From NCBI GenBank assembly GCA_903906305.1, contig CAIVJR010000005.1, positions 83,667 through 147,666 of the forward strand: DNA of 64,000 nt, given 5' to 3'. Position numbers and translations under genes: made by a program. The DNA comes from an uncultured bacterium (GTDB lineage: Bacteria; Patescibacteriota; Dojkabacteria; SC72). Shown piece by piece: positions 10,359 to 19,174 of this stretch (positions are counted from its first letter, which is position 1; every line of letters begins with the position of its first letter). The notes below the pieces were generated by a model that was not told the DNA's origin, made no database searches, and was given only the letters and a program-made list of their open reading frames with translations.

Positions 10359-11138
10359 TTACCCTGCTGGAGCATTCTCTAAGTCTATAGACGACTCTTG
10401 AGATTCTTTTCTCATGATATAGTCCACACAACCATATCCCCCATCTACAATGATGTTTGAACCCGTTATAAATGATGCCTTGGGACTAATTAGGAATGAA
10501 ACGACATTCGCTATCTCTGAGGGCTTCCCATTCCTTCCTAGAGGCGATAGATCCGCAGCTTCAAGTGATGATTCCGTAGCCATTTCAGTATTAATCCATC
10601 CTGGGGAAATGCTATTCACTCGAATTTTGTATTTGCCATAATTCAAAGCCAAACTCTGCGTTAGATTTATCAATGCCGCTTTGCTTGCAGAATATGACAT
10701 ACTTGAATACGATCCAGTCATTCCATCTGTACTTGCTATATTAACAATGCTCCCACCCTCTTCCATCTGATTGATCAACCTTACAGACGTTAACAAGATA
10801 GCATTAAGGTTAATATTTAATGTCTTGGCCCATATTTTGTAGTCAAATTTCTTGAAGTTTTCCATTTCAATAACTCCTGCGTTATTCACTACTACATTGA
10901 ATTTCACCTTTTTCAATTTCTCCAGCATCAATTCGACTTCTTTTTTCTTTTCCAAATCAAAGTACAATCCAGTGATATTAGGTTTAAGTTTTTGTACTAA
11001 TGCCTTGCTACTTTCACTTTCACTTCTGGATACACCATACACATAGTAGCCTTCTTTTACTAACTGCGTAGTAATAGCTGCCCCTATCCCTCGGGAAAAT
11101 CCAGTTATTAATGCTGTTTTTTGTGTTTGTTTTTTCAT
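10359..11138 (-). CDS. short-chain dehydrogenase/reductase (FabG-like)
   Basis: TGFSRGIGAAI Rossmann motif, NNAG, YSASKAA catalytic Tyr-Lys. Confidence 0.8.
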   Translation of the reverse strand: MKKQTQKTALITGFSRGIGAAITTQLVKEGYYVYGVSRSESESSKALVQKLKPNITGLYFDLEKKKEVELMLEKLKKVKFNVVVNNAGVIEMENFKKFDYKIWAKTLNINLNAILLTSVRLINQMEEGGSIVNIASTDGMTGSYSSMSYSASKAALINLTQSLALNYGKYKIRVNSISPGWINTEMATESSLEAADLSPLGRNGKPSEIANVVSFLISPKASFITGSNIIVDGGYGCVDYIMRKESQESSIDLENAPAG

Positions 11139-11200
11139 TGTATATACAAATGGACGCTCAATATGGTATATAATACAGTATAAATTGAGATATCATAAAC

Positions 11201-12013
11201 ATGTCGTCCACTGAAACGGACAGATTACATACAATTCTTTTTAACTTCGGATTAGAAGAGGAAGAAGTAAAGATATTTGAGTTCTTACTCCAAAATGGTC
11301 CATCCACTGCTTCCCAGATTAGTAAAGGTACCTCTATCCCTAGAACAACCGTCTACAGACTCATCGAGAAATTAGTTCTTACACAGTTAGTTAAAGAGCT
11401 AGTTACCTCCCAAGGGAAAGCCTTTGAAGCAGGAAATGTTCAAGAGTTAAAAATAATTCTTCAACAAAGAGAAGATGAGTTAAGTAATCTGAAGAATTCT
11501 TTTAAAGAATTAGAAAAGATTACGCGAACAATGGCTACTCCAGAAATTGCGAAAACAAAGATCCTTTCGTACAAAGGATTGGATGGGTTAAAACAGATGA
11601 CATGGAATAGTAAGAATGCTAAGAACGAGCTTAGAATTATAGAGAAATCTACAATGAGTCAGTTTCTAGACTATGGTTTTAGCGAAAGAGCAAGAACCGA
11701 ATTTTTACTTAACAAAATACAAGTTAAAGAAATTACAAACGAGAAGGAGATACCTGCTTGGACAGAGATAAAGCAATTTGTTACAGACTACTGGAAGTGT
11801 AAATACATTCCTTCTTCCCTCTTTGAGGTTAAGTTTGAGATATTAATCTACAATGATGTATATGCGATGTATAACTACGAGAATAACGATATTGTAGGTG
11901 TAGAGATATATAACAAGCAATTGGCAGATATGCAGAGGCAACTCTTTGACTTCCTTTGGAGCAATGGACAAGAATTAAAGAAGTTAAATGATAATGGTAA
12001 AAGCTCCTTGTAA
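11201..12013 (+). CDS. TrmB-like HTH transcriptional regulator
   Basis: N-terminal winged helix resembling TrmB (EEEVKIFEFLLQNGPSTASQISKGTSIPRTTVYRLIEKL) and a coiled coil. Confidence 0.6.
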   Translation: MSSTETDRLHTILFNFGLEEEEVKIFEFLLQNGPSTASQISKGTSIPRTTVYRLIEKLVLTQLVKELVTSQGKAFEAGNVQELKIILQQREDELSNLKNSFKELEKITRTMATPEIAKTKILSYKGLDGLKQMTWNSKNAKNELRIIEKSTMSQFLDYGFSERARTEFLLNKIQVKEITNEKEIPAWTEIKQFVTDYWKCKYIPSSLFEVKFEILIYNDVYAMYNYENNDIVGVEIYNKQLADMQRQLFDFLWSNGQELKKLNDNGKSSL

Positions 12014-12067
12014 TGGCAATATACAGTTGTATATATTTTTCAAGTATAATATACTTACTGTCGTTAA

Positions 12068-12144
12068 GCCTAAGTAGCTCAGTTGGTCAGAGCAACTGTT
12101 TTGTAAACAGTAGGTCGAGAGTCCGAATCTCTCCTTGGGCTCCA
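12068..12144 (+). tRNA. tRNA-Thr (anticodon TGT), CCA encoded
   Basis: Cloverleaf folded by hand: acceptor gcctaag/cttgggc, anticodon loop ttTGTaa, T-loop tccgaat. Confidence 0.8.
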
Positions 12145-12148
12145 TTAC

Positions 12149-12231
12149 GCAGAGGTGGCGGAGCGGTCAATCGCATTGGACTGTAAATCCAACGTCTTCG
12201 GACTACACAGGTTCAAATCCTGTCCTCTGCA
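12149..12231 (+). tRNA. tRNA-Tyr (anticodon GTA), class II long variable arm, no encoded CCA
   Basis: Acceptor gcagagg/cctctgc, anticodon loop ctGTAaa, 14-nt variable arm, T-arm acagg-ttcaaat-cctgt. Confidence 0.8.
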
Positions 12232-12294
12232 TATGGATATATATCCTTTTATGTTCTAGAATAAACAAAGGATATAACTTTAGCCCAATTACAT

Positions 12295-13017
12295 ATGGAT
12301 TCTATCTTCCCTATCATCATCATGCTTCTCTTTGCTACTGCAGCTGTATTAGTAGTTGGAGGAGTAATATATCTAGTTACCCAGTTAGTTAAGAACAAGG
12401 ATTCAAAGGATACTAAACCATTGAATATAACTGTAAAGATGCTTTTTAAGATATACCTCTATGTTATCTCTTTCATATCTCTTGCTGTTTCCGTTATAGG
12501 TGGTACCATGCTCCTTAAAGCTGGTGCTTCATATGCATTTGGTATTTCATTTTCATATACCCTCTACTCTGCAAGTGATGCTTCTACGGATGTCGTAAAA
12601 GATCCAGATGTAGTCATTCCAGATTGCTACGAAGGTAACACCATGACATTTGGAGACAAGGTTGTGTGTTTTGATGAGGATACTAGAAAACAAGAATTAA
12701 TAACTGGTGCTACATTCTTTGTATCTATGATGATGATCTTTGGATTACACCAGTTTGCATTGAATAGGTTAGAAAAGAAATCTAAAACCCCATGGTTAAA
12801 GAAGATATATACCTTTGTATCATTGATTCTTTACAGTATTGTAGGTGTAATCATAATTCCTACAGCAATATATCAATTAGCTACTCACCTACTCTACAGA
12901 GTAAATGATGTAACACTGTATGATGCGCCTGGGACAACCATTGGGATATTAATAATGACATTACCACTTTGGATATTCTTCTTAGTAAAAACTACTAAGA
13001 TGAAAGATGAGGATTAA
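12295..13017 (+). CDS. hypothetical integral membrane protein
   Basis: 240 aa with four to five hydrophobic helices. Confidence 0.45.
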   Translation: MDSIFPIIIMLLFATAAVLVVGGVIYLVTQLVKNKDSKDTKPLNITVKMLFKIYLYVISFISLAVSVIGGTMLLKAGASYAFGISFSYTLYSASDASTDVVKDPDVVIPDCYEGNTMTFGDKVVCFDEDTRKQELITGATFFVSMMMIFGLHQFALNRLEKKSKTPWLKKIYTFVSLILYSIVGVIIIPTAIYQLATHLLYRVNDVTLYDAPGTTIGILIMTLPLWIFFLVKTTKMKDED

Positions 13018-13038
13018 TGTAGTATAATTTTCGCCAAT

Positions 13039-13115
13039 GCTGAATTAGCTCAGACGGTTAGAGCACATTCTTGGTAAGAATGAGGTCCTGAGTTCGACTC
13101 TCAGATTCAGCTCCA
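13039..13115 (+). tRNA. tRNA-Thr (anticodon GGT), CCA encoded
   Basis: Acceptor gctgaat/attcagc, anticodon loop ttGGTaa, T-loop ttcgact. Confidence 0.8.
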
Positions 13116-13116
13116 T

Positions 13117-13956
13117 TTATACCACTCTCACATTTGGTATATCTGGGGAATCACTGTCTAAATATATCCCAGAGCTACTCGTATTTTTTACAACTCCCAT
13201 CATCTGTGCTCCCCATGTCCCATCATCATTCTGTTCTTTGCTAACCTGTAGCAATGCCCAAGAAAGATATCCCCTATCCGTACCTAATAAATTGTTTGAA
13301 CCTATCTCAAAGCTTTGAGCTGGAGTATTCCCATTATCAACAATATCAGAGCTTGTACCTGCAATAATTATTGGAATAACACAGTACATAGTATCTTTCT
13401 GCAATGGTATCTCCCTAGATTTAGACCCCTGTAAAGGCATTGCAAGATTGTCCAAAGTAATTCTATGCAGTATTTCCTCTCCTGTTTCAGTCTTTTCCTC
13501 TTTTTGTGTAAAAATAAAGGTATAAGGAAGAATATCTCCAACATTCTGCTTTCCACTTTCTTCAGACCAACTCATAAAAGTAACATCATCATCCGCAAAC
13601 ACTCCACCCTTGTAAGTTATTCGTACATTTGCTCCGCCAACATTCATAATTCCCCCTTCTCGTATAGCACGAGGATATTGCACATTTGGATCCTTTGAAT
13701 CTACTGCTCCCAGATAATCCCTAGAAACTGATACTGGATGACATTGTGCATCTCTTAAAGACTTCTTCTTTTCTACCAAAAATTTTTCAGCAGCATCTGT
13801 TCCAGCAGAATCAGTTTTAACGCCACAGGAGGATAATGCCACAGCACCTGCAATCACAGCCGTTGTTCTTAGTACACCCCTCAGGAACCTTCTTCTTTCT
13901 GGATTAAATGGTATACGCCCCTCCCCAGAATTACCTTCTTTTCCTTCTCCTCCCAT
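13117..13956 (-). CDS. hypothetical secreted lipoprotein with twin-arginine-like signal
   Basis: ERRRFLRGVLRTTAVIAGAVALSSCG: RR motif, hydrophobic core, lipobox Cys. GC slightly above window average. Confidence 0.5.
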   Translation of the reverse strand: MGGEGKEGNSGEGRIPFNPERRRFLRGVLRTTAVIAGAVALSSCGVKTDSAGTDAAEKFLVEKKKSLRDAQCHPVSVSRDYLGAVDSKDPNVQYPRAIREGGIMNVGGANVRITYKGGVFADDDVTFMSWSEESGKQNVGDILPYTFIFTQKEEKTETGEEILHRITLDNLAMPLQGSKSREIPLQKDTMYCVIPIIIAGTSSDIVDNGNTPAQSFEIGSNNLLGTDRGYLSWALLQVSKEQNDDGTWGAQMMGVVKNTSSSGIYLDSDSPDIPNVRVV

Positions 13957-14084
13957 ATGTATATATTTCTACTCAATTTACTTGCATAAGTATATCACAA
14001 ACCATTTGACCTCTTACATATTTTCCCATATAATACGCGTATATTTCCCAATATATACATTTTTAAATTGAATCCCTGAAGAAT

Positions 14085-14249
14085 ATGGCAAAAGTTAAAA
14101 GAGATCTCATCGCTTTGAAATGTACAGAATGTGATAGCAAGAACTACACTGATTACAAAACAAAGAATATAAAGGAGAAGATGGAAATGAAGAAGTATTG
14201 TCAGGTATGTCAAAAGCATACAGTGCATAAGGAGACCAAAATAAAATAG
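14085..14249 (+). CDS. rpmG: 50S ribosomal protein L33
   Basis: 54-aa ORF MAKVKRDLIALKCTECDSKNYTDYKTKNIKEKMEMKKYCQVCQKHTVHKETKIK with two CxxC pairs, not in the ORF track because under 60 aa. Lies upstream of tRNA-Trp-secE-nusG. Confidence 0.8.
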   Translation: MAKVKRDLIALKCTECDSKNYTDYKTKNIKEKMEMKKYCQVCQKHTVHKETKIK

Positions 14250-14269
14250 TCGCTCTTTGAATTAATTAC

Positions 14270-14346
14270 GGGCCCATAGTTTCAATTGGTTCAAACAGCG
14301 GTCTCCAAAACCGTTATTCCCTGTTCGAATCAGGGTGGGCCTGCCA
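14270..14346 (+). tRNA. tRNA-Trp (anticodon CCA), CCA encoded
   Basis: Acceptor gggccca/tgggcct, anticodon loop ctCCAaa, T-arm ccctg-ttcgaat-caggg. Canonical position before secE. Confidence 0.85.
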
Positions 14347-14357
14347 GAAATACAAAA

Positions 14358-14537
14358 ATGAAAAACAACATATTTAAAAATATAATAAGTGAATTAAAGA
14401 AAACCAAGTGGCCTACATGGAAACAGGTAGGAATATTAACCATATATACCCTAGTTATATGTGGTATAATCACCCTGTTAATTCTTGGTTTAGACCTAGG
14501 ACTCTACAAAATTAGAGACTGGTTTCTTAATGTTTAA
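14358..14537 (+). CDS. secE: preprotein translocase subunit SecE
   Basis: 59-aa single-TM protein from an internal Met (MKNNIFKNIISELKKTKWPTWKQVGILTIYTLVICGIITLLILGL). The upstream part of the track ORF overlaps tRNA-Trp. Confidence 0.7.
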   Translation: MKNNIFKNIISELKKTKWPTWKQVGILTIYTLVICGIITLLILGLDLGLYKIRDWFLNV

Positions 14538-14547
14538 CTAAATAATA

Positions 14548-15153
14548 ATGACAAAAGAAGTAGAAGTAAAAAAAGAAGTTAAAGAAAAAGCAGTAAAAGT
14601 TCCTAAAGAAGTTGTGAAGAAAGAAAATCCAAATGCAAAGTGGTATGTTTTAAATATTAGAACTGGATACGAGAACAGTATTCAAAAGGAATTAAAGCAA
14701 AGAATTGAAGCTACAGGTATGGAAAATCAAATAGTTGATATCCTAGTCCCTACTCAAAAGAAAATCTTTGTTAAAAAAGGTAAACAAGAAGTTAAAGAAG
14801 AAAAGATATTCCCTGGATATGTATTAGTAAAGATGGAATTAGATACAAGAACATGGGATTTGGTTAAGAATACAGAAGGTGTAAGAGGTTTTGTTAAAAC
14901 AGAAAAATATCCTAAACCACTACCAGAATCAGAAGTAAGAGCAATTACCAAATTCATGGAAGTCGAAACTCCTTCATTCCAAACATCATTCAGTGTTGGA
15001 GAGGCAGTTAAGATTACAGAAGGTGCATTTGCAGACTTCATCGGAAGTGTACAGGATATTGATACTACAAAAGGAAAGATCACAGTCCTCATTTCTTTCC
15101 TTGGTAGAGAAGCACCTGTTGAATTAGATCTTACACAGGTAAGTAAACTTTAG
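14548..15153 (+). CDS. nusG: transcription termination/antitermination factor NusG (Lys-rich N-terminal extension)
   Basis: NGN domain (KWYVLNIRTGYENSIQKEL) and a C-terminal KOW (GEAVKITEGAFADFIGSVQDID). Confidence 0.85.
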   Translation: MTKEVEVKKEVKEKAVKVPKEVVKKENPNAKWYVLNIRTGYENSIQKELKQRIEATGMENQIVDILVPTQKKIFVKKGKQEVKEEKIFPGYVLVKMELDTRTWDLVKNTEGVRGFVKTEKYPKPLPESEVRAITKFMEVETPSFQTSFSVGEAVKITEGAFADFIGSVQDIDTTKGKITVLISFLGREAPVELDLTQVSKL

Positions 15154-15169
15154 TTAAATATATATTGAT

Positions 15170-15595
15170 ATGGCAAAAATAGTAAAAAAAATAATTAAGA
15201 TAACTATACCCGCAGGCAAGGCAACAATGGCACCTCCAATAGGTCCAACTCTTGCTCCTTACGGTATCAATGCACAGGATTTCTGTGCACAGTTCAATGA
15301 AAAGACTAGAGAGAATGATGGTATATTAACACCAGTAATCTTAACAATCTATGAGGACAGAACATTTGGATTTGAATTAAAAACTCCTCCTACATCAGAA
15401 TTGATTAGAAGAGAATTACATATCAAGGCTGGATCTGCAAAACCAAACCTTGAGAAGGTTGGAAAACTTACCAAAGAACAGGTTTTGAAGATTGTTGAAG
15501 TAAAGATGCCAGATTTAAATACATCAGACCCAGAGCAAGCAGCAAAAATTATTGCTGGTACTGCAAAACAAATGGGTGTGGAAGTAGAACTTTAA
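15170..15595 (+). CDS. rplK: 50S ribosomal protein L11
   Basis: 141 aa, KATMAPPIGPTLAPYGIN... conserved L11 N-terminal domain. Confidence 0.9.
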   Translation: MAKIVKKIIKITIPAGKATMAPPIGPTLAPYGINAQDFCAQFNEKTRENDGILTPVILTIYEDRTFGFELKTPPTSELIRRELHIKAGSAKPNLEKVGKLTKEQVLKIVEVKMPDLNTSDPEQAAKIIAGTAKQMGVEVEL

Positions 15596-15614
15596 TTACA
15601 AGAGATATACAAAT

Positions 15615-16301
15615 ATGAAAAGAGGAAAAAAATATATTAAGACAACAAAAGGATTAGACAGAGAACAGTCATATACTGTTGCAGAAGGTATTAAGAAAGT
15701 TAAGACCCTCTCCTACTCTAACTTTGTAGGTACATTAGAATTACATGTTGATGTTAAATTACCTAAGGACAGAGATCCTAAGTCAATCAAGGGAGCAATC
15801 TCTCTTCCTAATGCTAGTGGTAACAAGGTTGTTAGAGTTGCAGTATTTGCTACTCCTGACAAAGATGAGGCAGCAAAAGCAGCTGGTGCAGATTTAGTAG
15901 GTATGGAGCAATTGATGAAGGATATTAAGGCTGGAAAGATTGAATTTGATGTAGCTATTGCTACTCCTGCAGTTATGCCTAAGCTTGCAGTACTTGGTAA
16001 AGAGTTAGGCCCTAAAGGATTAATGCCAAGTCCTAAGAATGGTACAGTTACTGATGATATTGCAAAGGCTGTTTCTGAATACAAAAAAGGTAAACAGACA
16101 TTTGCATGTGATGACTCTGGAGTTATACATTTAAATGTAGGTAAATTAGATATGGATGATGCTAAATTGGTAGAAAATGTACACGCTGGCGTTACCTCTA
16201 TTGAAGAAGTATTAGGTAAACCTGTAGATCAGATTCTACAGAAGATGCATCTTGCTCCTACAATGGGTGCAAGTGTTAAGATATCCTACTCTAAAGCATA
16301 G
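15615..16301 (+). CDS. rplA: 50S ribosomal protein L1
   Basis: 228 aa with the L1 signature (VDVAIATPAVMPKLAVLGKELGPKGLMPSPKNGTVT). Confidence 0.9.
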   Translation: MKRGKKYIKTTKGLDREQSYTVAEGIKKVKTLSYSNFVGTLELHVDVKLPKDRDPKSIKGAISLPNASGNKVVRVAVFATPDKDEAAKAAGADLVGMEQLMKDIKAGKIEFDVAIATPAVMPKLAVLGKELGPKGLMPSPKNGTVTDDIAKAVSEYKKGKQTFACDDSGVIHLNVGKLDMDDAKLVENVHAGVTSIEEVLGKPVDQILQKMHLAPTMGASVKISYSKA

Positions 16302-16325
16302 TAGATATTACATATTGTAAATGAA

Positions 16326-16351
16326 AGACCTCCGTAAGGGGGTCTTTTTGT
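16326..16351 (+). terminator. rho-independent terminator after rplA
   Basis: agacctcc-gtaa-gggggtct hairpin followed by a TTTTTG run. Confidence 0.5.
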
Positions 16352-16450
16352 TTATATATCTTCACAAGATGTATTCTATAGGATATAATGTGAATGTCTT
16401 GTTGCTCTTAAGAAGTCTGAAAATCATTATAAAAAGGCGGAGAATACATC

Positions 16451-16807
16451 ATGTGTTATAAAGTAGGACAAGAATTAGTACTAAAGCTAATCGTTGCAAG
16501 AGAGTATGGCAATTGTGCACACTACACACAAGTGGGTGGACACGGTCCAGATTTTCTGGTCCTCCCAGACAAAACGATGAAAGCCTGCAATTCAGATCCC
16601 AACCTCTTTTATCATGAAAGAGAAGAATATGTTTTAATCCATGGAATTAAAATTCCGTTGGAATCGGGATTTGAAAAAGTAACTGATAACTCTCGAAAGG
16701 TTGTTTCAAAAGGTGCAAAGTTCTCTATCACCTTGATTCTTTACAAACAAACAGCCCCAGAAAAAGAATCTGCTACTTTCAGAATTAAGTCGGTTAGTCT
16801 GGCTTAA
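16451..16807 (+). CDS. orphan hypothetical protein (118 aa) inserted between rplA and rplJ
   Basis: Intact ORF preceded by aaaggcggag RBS-like sequence. No recognisable motif. GC above neighbours. Confidence 0.4.
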   Translation: MCYKVGQELVLKLIVAREYGNCAHYTQVGGHGPDFLVLPDKTMKACNSDPNLFYHEREEYVLIHGIKIPLESGFEKVTDNSRKVVSKGAKFSITLILYKQTAPEKESATFRIKSVSLA

Positions 16808-16857
16808 CGTTACTCATTATTGAATTAGACTTTCTTAGGAACAAAATAGACAGAGGG

Positions 16858-16936
16858 TGCGCTAATAGTCGGATTACCTGAAGGTAACTCGAGAACCATT
16901 CAGGTTCACTATTATTAACAATATCTATTAGCGCGC
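16858..16936 (+). ncRNA. candidate structured RNA / nested hairpin element in the intergenic region
   Basis: Perfect 10-bp outer stem gcgctaatag / ctattagcgc (16859-16868 / 16925-16934) enclosing an inner 7-bp stem acctgaa / ttcaggt (16876-16882 / 16899-16905). It sits in a 255-nt non-coding gap. Confidence 0.3.
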
Positions 16937-17062
16937 TCTCAGCACCATCCTATTTATCACAATATATCTTTACAATTCCATTTCTATAGGATAGAATATC
17001 TAGGCAACAAGTATACCGTTGCACCTTTCAAACCAAAAGAATATCTGTAGTTAGGGAGAAAC

Positions 17063-17563
17063 TTGATGGACACAACAATTCTTGACGTTGAAAAATCCGT
17101 AGAACTAGAAACACAGCAAGAAATAGATTACTCTGGAAGTGACGGAGATCCGTTAATTCCATGGGAATGTCTATGTGAAGAACATCAAAGAAACAAAAAA
17201 TCCCACAGGTGGCACAAATCCTCCATGACCATAATCTCCGTAAGTGAGATTGATAAAAAGCATGTGAGAGTACATACTCCCAAGGGAGTATATATTTGCC
17301 GAATCACAAAATTCGACCAATATAAGGTTATAAGGGTTGTACGAACCAAAAAATCCTTTAAACCAAAAGATCCTCCCATTGAACTAGAAGATGAATTCCT
17401 CCCTGTCGTTATCGCCGAATGTGAGTTCTTGGAAGACAATTGGAAGGAGGTCCTTGCAGAGCAGAATCGGGAACAAAATCCCCAAGGAGAACAGCAAACA
17501 CTTAGAGTTATCTCTCCTGAAGCATTCAAAGCTGCAATGGACAAACGACAACCCAAAGCTTAA
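17063..17563 (+). CDS. orphan hypothetical protein (166 aa) inserted between rplA and rplJ
   Basis: Intact ORF with charged, Cys/His-containing N-terminal segment (WECLCEEHQRNKKSHRWH). No recognisable family. Confidence 0.4.
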   Translation: MMDTTILDVEKSVELETQQEIDYSGSDGDPLIPWECLCEEHQRNKKSHRWHKSSMTIISVSEIDKKHVRVHTPKGVYICRITKFDQYKVIRVVRTKKSFKPKDPPIELEDEFLPVVIAECEFLEDNWKEVLAEQNREQNPQGEQQTLRVISPEAFKAAMDKRQPKA

Positions 17564-17614
17564 GCCAAGGGTATTGTCTTCGTTTCGCAACCGTTATACT
17601 TGTTGAAAAAAGGA

Positions 17615-17701
17615 AGGTGGACCTAGTAATAGAATGTGATCTATAAAAGAAGCTGAGCTCTGCGCAGAGTTTCTTTTAAAAATCATTTCTTAGGTCCACC
17701 T
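17615..17701 (+). promoter_or_regulatory. long inverted repeat (12-bp arms) enclosing a weak terminator-like hairpin and T-run, upstream of rplJ (possible attenuator / L10-leader-like region)
   Basis: aggtggacctag (17615-17626) pairs with cttaggtccacct (17689-17701). Inside are the palindrome ctctgcgcagag and tttcttttaaaaa. Confidence 0.35.
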
Positions 17702-17830
17702 GCACGTCCCCATCTATTGACCCTACCCCATTCTACTGATATAATCCAAGCCATATATTAACCTAAGAAACAAGGTATAGAATAAATCCTTGTGAGGTAA
17801 ATAGTGAATTCAATTAAATAAATAATAAAT

Positions 17831-18352
17831 ATGTCAAAAACACGTTCCCAAAAAACGGAGTTATTAGATGGATATAAAGAAATCCTTAAGAACAAGGTTG
17901 GATATCTTTTAATCAACTCTGAAAAGACAGATACTAAGACTGTAACAGGCCTTAAGATCCAGTTAAAAGGTGTAGGTGCTAACTACGAAGTAGTAAAGAA
18001 CAGTATCTTTAAAATAGCTCTACAAGAAACAGAGCAACCATTAAAAACACAAGAATTTGATGGACCTACAGCAATCATATTTTTTGATGAAGATCCTACA
18101 GCTCCTGCAAAATTAGTAAAAGAAGCACAAAAAGTTACCAAACTTTTTGAAGCAAGAGGTGGTGTATATGAAGGTGAATTTTTAACAGCAGAAAAGGTAA
18201 TGCAATTAGCAGATATTCCTTCAAGAGAAGTATTACTTGGTAAGTTACTGGGCACAATGGTCGCCCCACTCTCTGGCTTTATGAATGCCGTTACTGGCAA
18301 TGTCAGAGGTTTAACAATGGTTCTAAAGGGCATTTCTGAAAAGGATGCTTAA
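17831..18352 (+). CDS. rplJ: 50S ribosomal protein L10
   Basis: 173 aa, L10 family, position upstream of rplL. Confidence 0.9.
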   Translation: MSKTRSQKTELLDGYKEILKNKVGYLLINSEKTDTKTVTGLKIQLKGVGANYEVVKNSIFKIALQETEQPLKTQEFDGPTAIIFFDEDPTAPAKLVKEAQKVTKLFEARGGVYEGEFLTAEKVMQLADIPSREVLLGKLLGTMVAPLSGFMNAVTGNVRGLTMVLKGISEKDA

Positions 18353-18392
18353 GGACATAATTTAGTTATTTAATTTATACATATCTACAAAA

Positions 18393-18797
18393 ATGGCAGA
18401 CGAAGCAAAAACATTACCAGAGCTTTCAGAGAACGCAAAGAAAGTTATGGATATTGTAGAGAAGATGACAGTGCTTGAACTTGCAGACTTGGTCAAGGTT
18501 ATGGAAGACAAGTTTGGAGTAAGTGCAGCAGCACCAGTTGCAGTAGCAGCTGTAGCAGCAGCACCAGCAGAAGCAGCAGAAGAGAAAACAATGTTTAACA
18601 TTGTTCTCAAAGCAGCAGGTGCAAACAAGATCTCTGTTATCAAAGTTGTAAGAGAAATCACAGAACTTGGTCTCAAAGAAGCTAAGGATATGGTTGATGC
18701 AGCTCCTCAGACAGTCAAAGAAGGTGTCAAAAAGGAAGATGCAGAAGCTATCAAAGCAAAATTTGAAGAAGCAGGTGCAACTGTTGAATTACAATAA
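18393..18797 (+). CDS. rplL: 50S ribosomal protein L7/L12
   Basis: 134 aa, Ala-rich hinge ([20 protein letters not shown]) and conserved C-terminal domain ([24 protein letters not shown]). Confidence 0.9.
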   Translation: MADEAKTLPELSENAKKVMDIVEKMTVLELADLVKVMEDKFGVSAAAPVAVAAVAAAPAEAAEEKTMFNIVLKAAGANKISVIKVVREITELGLKEAKDMVDAAPQTVKEGVKKEDAEAIKAKFEEAGATVELQ

Positions 18798-18826
18798 TAG
18801 TTCTACAGAATTAGATCGTATGAAAA

Positions 18827-18856
18827 GGAGCCATAGCAATATGGCTCTTTTTTTAT
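18827..18856 (+). terminator. rho-independent terminator after rplL
   Basis: gagccata-gcaa-tatggctc hairpin followed by TTTTTTT. Confidence 0.6.
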
Positions 18857-18867
18857 TCATAGACTAC

Positions 18868-19078
18868 CAAGGTCAGACCTAGGACAGTCCTCAATAATAT
18901 GTGATGCGCTTTTTTGTTGGATTGACGGACTTATCAGCCACTTTTTGTAGTTTGGTGCCATGCTAATTGGGCCTGTTTTTCTAATTATCTACACAGTACC
19001 CAATGTGCATTTGTCCTTACCTTCCATAGGTTTGTTGGGTTAATCGGTTGGGGAGGACTGACCTAGGTCAGTCCTTCG
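18868..19078. repeat. pair of related 20-nt palindromic motifs (centre CCTAGG) about 185 bp apart flanking a non-coding segment (REP/MITE-like)
   Basis: aggtcagacctaggacagtcct at ~18869-18890 and the perfect palindrome ggactgacctaggtcagtcc at ~19056-19075 followed by ttcgggg. Confidence 0.35.
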
Positions 19079-19174
19079 GGGTGTTAGATATTTATTAACT
19101 CCCATCGACAAATACACCCCAAATTAAGTATAATCTAACCAGAATCTGCCTTAATTTAATACACATATATTTCA

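Noticed and set aside
12135-12392. 85-aa ORF
   Set aside because: Overlaps the tRNA-Thr/tRNA-Tyr genes; the translation is tRNA sequence read as protein.
13117-13956. Horizontal acquisition of the Tat-signal lipoprotein gene based on GC content
   Set aside because: GC is only modestly above the window average by eye and cannot be computed here, so the call is not firm enough.
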